Assembly: GCA_017508605.1 (NCBI GenBank)
Contig: JAFVYN010000034.1
Span: forward strand, 47-64,046
Length of the DNA: 64,000 nucleotides
DNA from: Clostridia bacterium
Lineage (GTDB): Bacteria; Bacillota; Clostridia; Oscillospirales; CAG-272
Reading direction: 5' to 3'
Below are positions 1 to 8,107 of this stretch, one piece after another. Numbering within the stretch: position 1 is the first letter of the stretch; each line of letters starts with the position of its first letter. The notes beneath the pieces are model-generated. The model worked only from the letters and a program-made list of their open reading frames with translations. It was not told the origin of the DNA and searched no databases. The position numbers and the translations under genes were made by a program.

Positions 1-1
1 A

Positions 2-103
2 AGGGAGACCCTTGCCCGCTATTGGGCAGCCCAAGTGGAATGCGCCTATCCGGGCGCTAAAAAATATCTTGCTTACTACGTCGACTACAACGGGGTAAGC
101 TGA
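2..103 (+). CDS. 3' end of an upstream ORF (33 codons visible); function not recognisable. It occupies the portal/head-gene position relative to the scaffold and capsid genes
   Basis: Open frame from the window edge to TGA at 101-103 (...AKKYLAYYVDYNGVS*). Confidence 0.25.
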   Translation, partial: RETLARYWAAQVECAYPGAKKYLAYYVDYNGVS

Positions 104-218
104 TGGAAGCCGACGAAGATCCTTGCCGCCGCCCGGTGAAAGACGGTCGAGTATTGTTGTTTTTGCGCCTTGTCACGGCTCAGGCAAGCGATCACGGAAG
201 CTTCGGAAAGGAACAGTC

Positions 219-686
219 ATGGAAAACGAGATCAAAGCACCGCTTGACGGTGTCACGGATACCTCCGCCGTTACGGAGGACGAAGACGTTCTTGTCAGAA
301 CGACAGAAACGCCTGCGGAACTACCCACGCCAAGCCCCGCGTCCGAGAATGCGCTTGCCGATGCCCTCTCTTTTGCTTCTCTCTATGCCAAAGAAGGGGG
401 CGAGGTCGGTGAAGAGCTTGTGAGCAGTGAGGTCTTCCGCCGCTTTACCGCCCTTCGCGGCATGGGGCTTTCGGTCAAGGAAGCCTTTTACGCCGCCGAC
501 TCTTCAAGAGACAAGAGAAGCACCCTGCCGAGTGCGGGTAAGGAGCATCTCACCGCTTCACACACCAAGTTGCGGCAGAACGGACATTACGTATCGGGCG
601 AGGAGCTTTCGATGATCAAAGAGCTTCTCGGAGAGGATTATTCGACCGATGACGTTATGAAGCTCATTCGCCGCGTATCCCACTAA
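219..686 (+). CDS. Putative phage scaffolding protein
   Basis: Track frame is 123..686. The preferred ATG is at 219 (MENEIK...), preceded by GGAAAGGAA. The product is acidic and Ala/Glu-rich, lies immediately upstream of the capsid gene, and has no enzymatic motifs. Confidence 0.45.
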   Translation: MENEIKAPLDGVTDTSAVTEDEDVLVRTTETPAELPTPSPASENALADALSFASLYAKEGGEVGEELVSSEVFRRFTALRGMGLSVKEAFYAADSSRDKRSTLPSAGKEHLTASHTKLRQNGHYVSGEELSMIKELLGEDYSTDDVMKLIRRVSH

Positions 687-725
687 CACAGTGTTTTGTA
701 ATAAACGAAAGGAAGGAACTACACT

Positions 726-1811
726 ATGTCTTTCATTTACTCTGTATCAGACGAATACAACAATTCGAAGATCGGCAAGCTTGCCACCCCTCTCAAAGTA
801 CTGATCGAAGCCGAAAGCGACGCTCAGCGTAAGAAGGGCGGTGCGCTCACCACCCTTTTCAATATCGAAAAATCCAACCGCTACGGTGAGACCATTCAGT
901 ACGGCGACGAATTCACCGCCTTCTCGGCAGCCGCTGAGGGCACTGCCGCCGAAGCAGACTCGCTTTCCGATACCTTCTCGAAATTCATCGAGCATATTCC
1001 CTTTATGAAGGAATTCGTCATCACCAAGCAGATGCTTGACGATTCGGTCTACGGTATCGGCGCCGATGCCAAGCGCCGCGCCCAGAATTTCGTGAGAGCG
1101 TACTACCTCACCATGAACAAGATCGCCGAGGCAGCGATCGCCAACGGTAAGAAGACCTCGATGAGCTTCAACAAAGCCACCGTCGATCTTTCGACGGCAG
1201 ACGGCTCGGCGCTCTTCTCGACGCTTCACAAATACGGTGCCTCGGAATCGCACGGTATGGGAACGCAGTCGAACTACTTCGGTATCAACCGTTATGACGG
1301 TGAAAACCGCAAGCTGACCCTTGCGGACGTCGAGGATGCCATCACCAAGGGCGCTGCCAGAATCCGTAATATGAAGGATGAGACCGGCGAGGTCCTCGGC
1401 TACACCGCCGACACCGTGATCATCCCCGGCAATCTCCCCATGCTTGAAAAATATGTCAAGCAGGTACTTGGCTCTCCTTATGAAGCGTCGAGCGCCAACA
1501 ACGGCATCAACATCCATTACGGCAACTGGAATCTTGTGGTACTTCCCACCTGGCAGTATGAGCTTGCGTCGGATGAAACGCAGCAGACCTACCCCATCAT
1601 CGTCATGTCCTCGGAAGCCAACCGTAATCTTTGCGGCAATATGTTCTTCAACCGCATTCCCCTGTCGGTCAAGCACTGGGAGGACTGCCACACGAGAAAC
1701 TGGATCTGGAACGGCTACTGCCGTTTCGGTATCGGCTTCGGCACGTACAAGCATATCGCCCTGATCGAATGCTATTCGGCAAGCGCCAACGGTACTCAGA
1801 CCCAGATCTGA
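726..1811 (+). CDS. Phage major capsid protein (HK97-fold type, inferred)
   Basis: 361 aa with RBS AAGGAAGGAA. Size, position after the scaffold gene and overall sequence character fit capsid proteins. A hairpin follows, as often seen after phage capsid genes. Not verified by search. Confidence 0.6.
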   Translation: MSFIYSVSDEYNNSKIGKLATPLKVLIEAESDAQRKKGGALTTLFNIEKSNRYGETIQYGDEFTAFSAAAEGTAAEADSLSDTFSKFIEHIPFMKEFVITKQMLDDSVYGIGADAKRRAQNFVRAYYLTMNKIAEAAIANGKKTSMSFNKATVDLSTADGSALFSTLHKYGASESHGMGTQSNYFGINRYDGENRKLTLADVEDAITKGAARIRNMKDETGEVLGYTADTVIIPGNLPMLEKYVKQVLGSPYEASSANNGINIHYGNWNLVVLPTWQYELASDETQQTYPIIVMSSEANRNLCGNMFFNRIPLSVKHWEDCHTRNWIWNGYCRFGIGFGTYKHIALIECYSASANGTQTQI

Positions 1812-1819
1812 TCAACAAT

Positions 1820-1858
1820 AAAAGCCGTTTTCTGCCTTCGGTATGAGAACGGCTTTTA
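1820..1858 (+). terminator. Hairpin / partial terminator after the capsid gene
   Basis: AAAAGCCGTT(TTC)...(GAG)AACGGCTTTT stem followed by T-rich sequence. Confidence 0.45.
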
Positions 1859-1879
1859 TCCCAAAGAAAGGAGTTCAAA

Positions 1880-2731
1880 ATGAATGCCATACACGTCATG
1901 GAAGACGTCAGCGCCCTCATTTCCCTTGGAAAGCTGACCTCCGAGCGCGCCTTTTATGCTTCTTTGAACCGCGCGCTTTTTGAGATCGGACAGCGTTTTC
2001 CGAGACGGGAGCAAGAAACCATCGCGCACAGTCTTCCCACACCCCTGTATACCCTGCCCGGCGCCGTCACCGTTGAACCGCACACACCTCTTCACCTGAC
2101 GGGAAAGGGGGTCTATGCCTACAGCCTCGCCATGTACGGCAAGGGAACGCTCACCGTCACCGTCGACGGTGTCCGCCAAGAGGAATACCGTGTCGACGCG
2201 GGACAAAGCCTCGTCCTCACATCGCACATAAAGGCGGATACAAGCGCCGCAGACAAGCTGCTTTTATCCTTCTCCTCAGAGGAAAAGCTCTTTGTCACCG
2301 ACCTTGCGCTCTATGCCACTCCTTGTGAGGAGGTCCCCCGATACCGCCCGTATTATCCCTATCCCACAAGCCGTTTTCAGCACCGCTTTCTTGCCTTCAG
2401 CGGCAGGATCATGAAAAACGGTATGCCCTTTTCCAACCAAAGCGGTGATCTGCGCTTTACCGAGGATGCCGTCGAGATCGCCTTTTCGAAGGACGGCATC
2501 TATACCGTCGAATACGAAGCCCTGCCCGACTCAGTCGACGCGGGTACAAGAGAGGAGGAACTGTATGTCAGAGAAGACGCAAAGCTTCTGGTACCGCTTC
2601 TTACGGCTTATTATTATGCTCTTGAAGACGGTCATGAAATGGCTGATGCCCTCCTTGCGCGATACGAAGCCGCAAGAAACAGCCTCACACGAAACCGAAA
2701 CGAACGAGTCACCGACGTCAACGGTTGGTGA
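1880..2731 (+). CDS. Hypothetical virion protein (head-tail adaptor candidate by position)
   Basis: 283 aa with RBS AAAGGAG. The C-terminal helical segment (..LLVPLLTAYYYALEDGHEMADALLARYEAARNSL) resembles head-tail connector/adaptor proteins. Assignment is by position only. Confidence 0.35.
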   Translation: MNAIHVMEDVSALISLGKLTSERAFYASLNRALFEIGQRFPRREQETIAHSLPTPLYTLPGAVTVEPHTPLHLTGKGVYAYSLAMYGKGTLTVTVDGVRQEEYRVDAGQSLVLTSHIKADTSAADKLLLSFSSEEKLFVTDLALYATPCEEVPRYRPYYPYPTSRFQHRFLAFSGRIMKNGMPFSNQSGDLRFTEDAVEIAFSKDGIYTVEYEALPDSVDAGTREEELYVREDAKLLVPLLTAYYYALEDGHEMADALLARYEAARNSLTRNRNERVTDVNGW

Positions 2732-2759
2732 TTCCGAGCCTGACTGAAAGGAGGACGCG

Positions 2760-5645
2760 ATGACAAACAGCACGCATCATAAAAAAGGGGGTCTTGGCAA
2801 AAAGACCGTCTACAATTACAAAAGCACGCCGACATACGGCATGGATCTCTCGCTGCTTCATCGCCAGGGAACGGGAGAGAAGCTTGCGTGCCTTGATAAT
2901 CTCTACCGTGACAAGACCGCGCAGAGAGAGGCTGTCGAGACCTTTCCCGGCTACCGCAGGCTCATGAAGACCCTGAGCCGCAAGGAAGACAGCGTCAACG
3001 GTCTCTTTTGCCACGAATTTGACGGCGTGGGCTATCTCTTTGTTCACGTCGGGCACTATCTTTACTGCTTTCGCCATGACAAGCGGGATCTTGAAGAGCT
3101 GCTCCCCACCCTCAGCTACGTGGAGGATCGCCCCTCACGGGGTGTATCTCTCGGCAATATCTTTTACTTTTTCGATGGCAGCCGTATCCTTCGCTTCACA
3201 TCACCCGACAGCTTTTCTCCCTGGGGTGATGAAGACTATACCGAGGAGATGGAGGAGCTTCGTGAGTTCCCGAAGACCGATGCTTACGTTCCCCTGCTGT
3301 CAAACAACGGCGAAACGAAAGAGGAAAGAAACCTTCTCACCAATTACTACCGTGTCGAAGATATGACAGGGGAGCATAACCGTGTTTATGACGATTTCGG
3401 GCTTACCGTCCGCATGATCACCGAAGGGGAAAGCCCCTCGCTTGAGGTAACAGGCTGTACGGGGGATCGCCGTATTCTGTATATTCCGAACACCATGCGC
3501 TATCGCGGTAAGACCTTGCCTGTTACCGCCATCGCTTCGGGCGCGTTCCGGGGCATGGAAATGGAGTGGGCGATCGTTTCGGAAAACGTCAAAAGGATCG
3601 GCTCGTCAGAGGACACCCTCGGCGCTTTCGAGAGCTGTCCGAATCTGAAAAACGTCTATCTTTACGGCGCCGAGGTGCTTCACAACAATACCTTTGCCCT
3701 TTGTTCCGCTCTCACCGAGCTTGTGATCCCCGCAAGTCTTACCCTCGTTGCCGCCAACGCCTTTTACGGCACGTCCTCGCTGAAGCGCGTGTATTACGAA
3801 GGCTCGGGAACGTTGCCTTACACCTTCGGCAGTGATATCGCCCTCTATCCGAACACCTCTCTTGGCACGCTTTCGGTGGGTGAGGATCTCCGCATCGCCA
3901 TCGATCCCGATAAATACCAGACGGTATATCGCATGCGGGAATCGACGGACGGTGTTATGAGCGCCTTCACACGCTTCGGCGGTTGGGAATCGGGGGTGTA
4001 CGGCGATGCCGTCGGCTATGCCGCCGTTGCCAGAAAGCCCTGCTGTCTTTACGGCATCTGCTTTGATTCCCATCTGCAGGACATTCCCAACCGTTACGGC
4101 TTTTTCACAGTCGTCGGAGAGGGCGAATTCATCACCCCGAGCGAAGACCCCTTCACCACCTACCGCATCCCGATACCCGACCGATGCCGCTCGCTTGTCT
4201 CTCTGGAGATCGGCGAGACTGACGCCTCCTACACCGTTGAATTTGCCGACGGCGAGAGTCCCTCGCGCGTTCAGTCCCTTCTTGTTCACCTTCCCGCGCC
4301 GCGTGAGGTTTCGGTTTCAGTCACGGCATACGGCTATCCCGCCCGCTCGGAGGCTGTTCTTCGCCACCACCCGTCCTTCAGCACCGATATGATGAGTGCC
4401 CTGCGTGGGGCTGACTGTGCCGCCGTGTATAACGGCGAGCTGTATCTTTCTTCGCCCGCCCTGCCCTCCCTTGTCTTTTACAGCGAAAGACCGAAGGAGG
4501 ATCCCACCGCCGATCACAGCTTTTTCGCAAACGGAGTCCTCTACGTGGGCGAGGGAACAGTCAAGGGGTTTCTTCCGTTATCGGACGGACTTGCCGTTCT
4601 GAAGGACAGCGGCATTGCCATCGTCAGAGATCACACGCTGATCTCTGAGATCGCAGGGATCTCGGCGGTCGGGGAGAGCACCGTTTATCATGACAGACGC
4701 TTTCTCCTTCTCAAGGACGGCGTATATGAGCTGAAGGAAGCAAGAGAGTACGCGTATCAGAACCTCACAAAGCTCTCTTCCCCGATAGACGCGGGAGTGA
4801 CAAGCTATGAAAACGGAAGATTTGCCCTCTGGGAGGGTTATCTCGTACTCTTGCTCGGAAGCGTCGCTTACTTACTTGACCCCGACAGAAGCTACCGTGA
4901 AAACGGCATGACCCTTCACCCGTGGTACCGCCTCACCGATCTCGGACACACGGTAGGGGGCAGAGAGATCTTCCGTCACGTTGAAAGACTGCCCGACGGA
5001 CTGTCGGGCGAATATCACGCCCTCGGAAGACCCGACGAGGCAAAGGGCGATATCCTCACGAAAACGACGGACGGCGTATCCCTTTGCTACACCCTTCTTG
5101 ACGGCAAACAATATCTCGTCGAGGGCGAGGGCGAGATCACCGATGCCGATACTGTGCCCTTTTGCTATCCGGCATCCTATGGCGGCGTACTTTACGCGGT
5201 CGCCGAAGACGGAACACTTTTTGCCGTCAACAGCGATCAGCGCGAAAACGGGATGATCCCGAACGCCTGTTATCATTATGATAACCGCCGCATTCCCGCC
5301 CGCGCCGTTACCGAGCTTGCCGACATGGGTTGCGACTATCTCACCAAAAAAATCCTGAGAAAAAGCCTTACCGTCGACATGATCCCGCAGCCCCGCTCCA
5401 TACTGCGGCTTCTCTCGGAAGAGCCGGGCGAGGACACCGAGCCGATCGCCTATTTCTCCTTTGACTCGCTGTCATCCCCCGCGGCAACGCCCGAAGGGAT
5501 CGTGCTTTACGAAGAAGCACCCTACGATCCCCACCGCTTCTTCCGAAAAAAGCGCTATATTCTGGAGGCGGCGGGATTCCGACGCCCGATCGCGCTATGT
5601 TCTCTCGCCTTCCGCTATACCGTTCTCTCCCGCCTCATTCGGTAA
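2760..5645 (+). CDS. Large (961 aa) virion-associated protein with beta-propeller-like repeats and an internal BspA-type leucine-rich-repeat (LRR_5-like) insert; tail nozzle / receptor-binding candidate
   Basis: RBS AAGGAGGA. Residues ~235-350 (ILYIPNTMRYRGKTLPVTAIASGAFRG...VKRIGSSEDTLGAFESCPNLKNVYLYGAEVLHNNTFALCSALTELVIPASLTLVAANAFYGTSSLKRVYYEG) match the BspA-like LRR pattern. The rest has recurring blade-like strands (YLFVHVGHYLYCF, IFYFFDGSRILRF, LYLSSPALPSLVFYS, GVLYAVAEDGTLFAV). Confidence 0.5.
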   Translation: MTNSTHHKKGGLGKKTVYNYKSTPTYGMDLSLLHRQGTGEKLACLDNLYRDKTAQREAVETFPGYRRLMKTLSRKEDSVNGLFCHEFDGVGYLFVHVGHYLYCFRHDKRDLEELLPTLSYVEDRPSRGVSLGNIFYFFDGSRILRFTSPDSFSPWGDEDYTEEMEELREFPKTDAYVPLLSNNGETKEERNLLTNYYRVEDMTGEHNRVYDDFGLTVRMITEGESPSLEVTGCTGDRRILYIPNTMRYRGKTLPVTAIASGAFRGMEMEWAIVSENVKRIGSSEDTLGAFESCPNLKNVYLYGAEVLHNNTFALCSALTELVIPASLTLVAANAFYGTSSLKRVYYEGSGTLPYTFGSDIALYPNTSLGTLSVGEDLRIAIDPDKYQTVYRMRESTDGVMSAFTRFGGWESGVYGDAVGYAAVARKPCCLYGICFDSHLQDIPNRYGFFTVVGEGEFITPSEDPFTTYRIPIPDRCRSLVSLEIGETDASYTVEFADGESPSRVQSLLVHLPAPREVSVSVTAYGYPARSEAVLRHHPSFSTDMMSALRGADCAAVYNGELYLSSPALPSLVFYSERPKEDPTADHSFFANGVLYVGEGTVKGFLPLSDGLAVLKDSGIAIVRDHTLISEIAGISAVGESTVYHDRRFLLLKDGVYELKEAREYAYQNLTKLSSPIDAGVTSYENGRFALWEGYLVLLLGSVAYLLDPDRSYRENGMTLHPWYRLTDLGHTVGGREIFRHVERLPDGLSGEYHALGRPDEAKGDILTKTTDGVSLCYTLLDGKQYLVEGEGEITDADTVPFCYPASYGGVLYAVAEDGTLFAVNSDQRENGMIPNACYHYDNRRIPARAVTELADMGCDYLTKKILRKSLTVDMIPQPRSILRLLSEEPGEDTEPIAYFSFDSLSSPAATPEGIVLYEEAPYDPHRFFRKKRYILEAAGFRRPIALCSLAFRYTVLSRLIR

Positions 5646-5693
5646 CCGATCAGAGACCGACACATACACTGTAACGAACAGGAGGATACCGTT

Positions 5694-6338
5694 TTGGATC
5701 ACAAACACTTACTCACACTTTTCCGCGCCTGTATCTCGGCGCGATACACCCATCTGGAGGGCGGCGCAAGCTATGCTGTCAAGCACGACAACCATACCGT
5801 CACGATCCTCTTTGAAAAATCGAACGGTGCGCTCGACTGGAGAAACAATCTCCGCTTTTCGGCACGTCCCTACCGCGATATGAAGGAGGTCTGGTACTGC
5901 CACCGCGGTTTTCTTTCGGTCTTTCGGCAGGTGCTTTCAAAACTTGAAGAACTGCTTCTTGACAAAAGCATCGAGCATTTTGTCCTGGTCGGCTATTCTC
6001 ACGGCGCCGCTCTTGCCCTTCTTACACACGAATACATTCTCTTTCACCGTCCCGAGCTTGTCGGAAAGGTCGAGGGCTACGGCTTCGGCTGTCCCCGTGT
6101 GATCGCGGGCGCTCTGCCCGATTCTCTGAGAGCAAGACTTTACGGCTTCACGGTCATACGGAATATCGACGATCTCGTGACCCATCTGCCGCCCCGTCTC
6201 TTCGGCTACCGCCATCCCGCAAAGCCCTATCTCATCGGAAGACGCGGCAAATATTCCCGCATCAACGCCCACCGTGCCGAGGCGTACGACGAAGAGCTTT
6301 CCCTTCTTGCCGCGCGGGACACAATAACATTCACCTGA
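5694..6338 (+). CDS. Class-3 lipase-like alpha/beta hydrolase
   Basis: TTG start 7 nt after AGGAGGA. Lipase_3 landmarks appear in order: CHRGF, nucleophile elbow VLVGYSHGAALA (G-x-S-x-G), GYGFGCPRV, NIDDLVTHLPP and YRH. Confidence 0.7.
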   Translation: MDHKHLLTLFRACISARYTHLEGGASYAVKHDNHTVTILFEKSNGALDWRNNLRFSARPYRDMKEVWYCHRGFLSVFRQVLSKLEELLLDKSIEHFVLVGYSHGAALALLTHEYILFHRPELVGKVEGYGFGCPRVIAGALPDSLRARLYGFTVIRNIDDLVTHLPPRLFGYRHPAKPYLIGRRGKYSRINAHRAEAYDEELSLLAARDTITFT

Positions 6339-6354
6339 AACAAGGAGGATTTCA

Positions 6355-6663
6355 ATGACACAGGAAGACGTCGCGATCGCCCTCACACGCTGCGAGAACG
6401 ATATCAAAAGCCTCAAGCACCGTGTGACGAACTGCGAAAGCGAACATGAGATCACACATCAGCTTGCCCTTTCGGTCAATCAGCTTGCCGTCAATATGGA
6501 GCATATGCTGAGAGAACAAAAGGATCAGGGCGCGCGTCTGAGCGTCCTTGAAAAAGCGCCCGCCGAGAGCTACACCCGACTGAAGCACACCGTTCTTCAG
6601 TGCCTGGTCTCCACCCTTCTCGGCACACTCATCGGCGCTTTAGCAACGCTGATCTTCAGATGA
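6355..6663 (+). CDS. XhlA-like small membrane protein (coiled-coil N-terminus plus C-terminal TM helix; lysis-associated candidate)
   Basis: 102 aa with RBS AGGAGGA. The N-terminal part shows a heptad-like pattern and the C-terminus is a single hydrophobic helix (VLQCLVSTLLGTLIGALATLIF). This architecture matches the XhlA/haemolysin-like proteins of Firmicutes prophage lysis cassettes. Confidence 0.45.
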   Translation: MTQEDVAIALTRCENDIKSLKHRVTNCESEHEITHQLALSVNQLAVNMEHMLREQKDQGARLSVLEKAPAESYTRLKHTVLQCLVSTLLGTLIGALATLIFR

Positions 6664-6674
6664 GCCATACAAAA

Positions 6675-6714
6675 AAGACCCGACCGTAACGCATGAGGCG
6701 TTTGGTCGGGTCTT
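6675..6714. terminator. Bidirectional rho-independent terminator between convergent genes
   Basis: AAGACCCGACC-GT-AACGC[ATGAG]GCGTT-T-GGTCGGGTCTT, flanked by an A-run upstream and a T-run downstream. Confidence 0.8.
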
Positions 6715-6718
6715 CTAT

Positions 6719-8080
6719 TTATTTTTTCTTTTTGCGAAGCATCAGCGCAAGCGCGGTCGCGCAGATCGGGATCGCCGCAAGGAAGGGGAGAACGGTGCGG
6801 ATCTTACCGTCGTTCTTGCCCACAAAAACGTATGCGGGATCGTTGGGTCCGATATCCGAGATCGTGCGGAAGGGCGCTTTGTCGCTCTCTTCCTCTGCCT
6901 TGGTCTCGCTGTTCTTCTTGCGGATGGCGGCGGCACGGCGCAGCATGTCGCGATAGCGTCTTCTGGTGGGTTCATCCTGCTTGACGCTCACACGGGGCGT
7001 GCTGTCCTCAGCACCGTCGCCGCTATCAAGCGCCTCACCGTCAGTATCGGTCGGCTCCTCATCGGATACCGCGGGGGTAACGGGTGTCTCATCTATCGGA
7101 ACAACCGGTTCCTCGGGAGTGACGGGGGTCTCTTCGACAGGAACAACCGGCTCCTCAGGGATGACGGGTGTTTCTTCGATGGGAACAACCGGCTCCTCGG
7201 GGATGACAGGTGTCTCTACGACAGGATCTGCCGTCACGACCGTCGGTGTTTCGACGGGAACTTCCTCAACCGCCTCAGTATCGGTGGGATCGATCGGAGT
7301 ATCACTCACCGTCACAAGCTCTGCGGGAAGTACCTCTTCGGGAAGAAGCGGCTCGTCGAGAGTCAAAGGAATATCACTGAACGAGGGATCGGATAAGAGA
7401 ATGGGCGCAAAGCTGACGTCAAGGGTATCGTCAACCGTGACTTCCTCAATATCGACCGGAACGGGCGCCACCTTGAGTCGGGAGGTCCTTTCCTTCTTTA
7501 CGGGTGCTTTGGGCGTGGGCGTTACGGGGGACGCGGGTGTTTCTTCTACCGTTTCTACCGTTTCCACGGGTGCAGACGGTTCTTCAGGCTCTTCGGACAC
7601 CCCTTGCGCGGACGTCTCACCCGAAAGCGTGACAGTAGGCGTAACAGCGGGGAATACCAACGAGAGCGGAGCGGAAAACAGCGCGCACAGGGCGATCAGA
7701 CGGTCGGCATCCGGCTCACTTTCGCCGCGCTCCCACTTGCTGACCGATTGACGGCTGACCGAAAGCGACTCCGAAACCTCGATCTGCGAGATCCCGCGGA
7801 GGGTACGAAGCTGTTTCAGACGCTCGGCGAAGGTTTCGCCTTCGAGCGAGGTGATCTCGCAGTCACCCTCAAAGGGCTTACCCGTGAGGATCTCGTCGGG
7901 TGTCACGTGATACAGAGCAGCCAGAGAAGCGTAGGCGTCAAGCGAGGGGGACGCCTTGCCGCTTTCCCACTTGCTGACCGCCTGACGGGTGACCGACAGA
8001 AGATCGGCAACGGCGGTCTGCGAAAGCTTGGCTTGTTTACGGAACGCGATCAGGCGTTCGGCAATAACAGACTGATTCAT
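6719..8080 (-). CDS. Tandem XRE-family HTH protein with a long acidic/proline-rich repeat linker and a C-terminal tail-anchor TM helix
   Basis: There are two Cro/C1-type HTH units (..LSQTAVADLLSVTRQAVSKWESGK.. and ..ISQIEVSESLSVSRQSVSKWERGE..). The linker carries PVVPxEETPVxPEE repeats. The C-terminus LPFLAAIPICATALALMLRKKKK is a hydrophobic helix plus a basic tail. RBS AAGGAAGG. Confidence 0.75.
   Translation of the reverse strand: MNQSVIAERLIAFRKQAKLSQTAVADLLSVTRQAVSKWESGKASPSLDAYASLAALYHVTPDEILTGKPFEGDCEITSLEGETFAERLKQLRTLRGISQIEVSESLSVSRQSVSKWERGESEPDADRLIALCALFSAPLSLVFPAVTPTVTLSGETSAQGVSEEPEEPSAPVETVETVEETPASPVTPTPKAPVKKERTSRLKVAPVPVDIEEVTVDDTLDVSFAPILLSDPSFSDIPLTLDEPLLPEEVLPAELVTVSDTPIDPTDTEAVEEVPVETPTVVTADPVVETPVIPEEPVVPIEETPVIPEEPVVPVEETPVTPEEPVVPIDETPVTPAVSDEEPTDTDGEALDSGDGAEDSTPRVSVKQDEPTRRRYRDMLRRAAAIRKKNSETKAEEESDKAPFRTISDIGPNDPAYVFVGKNDGKIRTVLPFLAAIPICATALALMLRKKKK
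7098..7223 (-). repeat. Three tandem 42-bp in-frame repeats (a partial fourth copy flanks them) encoding a 14-aa Pro/Glu/Val/Thr unit
   Basis: Units at 7098-7139, 7140-7181 and 7182-7223 (GGAACAACCGGYTCCTCRGGGRTGACRGGKGTYTCTW...). Confidence 0.85.
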
Positions 8081-8107
8081 ATGTGTCCTTCCTTTCGGGG
8101 AGGTGAA

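Larger units (their letters stand above)
1..6716 (+). mobile_element. Phage-derived late-gene block (window begins inside it): scaffold, major capsid, adaptor-like, large nozzle/tail-like, lipase-like and XhlA-like genes; no integrase or att site visible
   Basis: Seven co-oriented, tightly spaced ORFs with good RBSs. A scaffold-like acidic helical protein sits directly 5' of a capsid-like 361-aa protein. The block ends at a strong bidirectional hairpin (6675-6714), after which gene orientation flips to host genes (tex). Confidence 0.55.

Noticed and set aside
747-1754. A 335-aa ORF antisense to the capsid-like gene. There are many similar long antisense or alternate-frame ORFs: 7604-9439, 11832-12836, 16907-18037, 18790-20298, 22852-24402, 24356-25399, 25432-27057, 27403-28506, 28657-30966, 37257-38459, 43398-44426, 46573-47298, 55003-55488, 56584-57336, 61608-62369, 62727-63263 and 63321-63929.
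   Set aside because: These are typical shadow ORFs of high-GC coding regions. Their translations are Arg/Gly/Val/Asp-rich low-information strings with no motifs. They fully overlap genes that have clear family signatures, and they lack credible RBSs.
7098-7223. Regularly spaced 42-bp repeats here and at 35903-36151, considered as possible CRISPR or other non-coding arrays.
   Set aside because: The repeats are directly adjacent with no unique spacers, sit in frame inside long ORFs, and encode sensible 14-aa peptide units. No cas genes are present in the window.
6966-7751. A 261-aa Ser/Gly/Thr-rich ORF, and a 108-aa Met/Val/Ala-rich ORF at 35861-36187.
   Set aside because: Both are reverse-complement readings of the in-frame proline-rich and His-rich repeat arrays. 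The sense frames belong to proteins with clear HTH and CobW domains.
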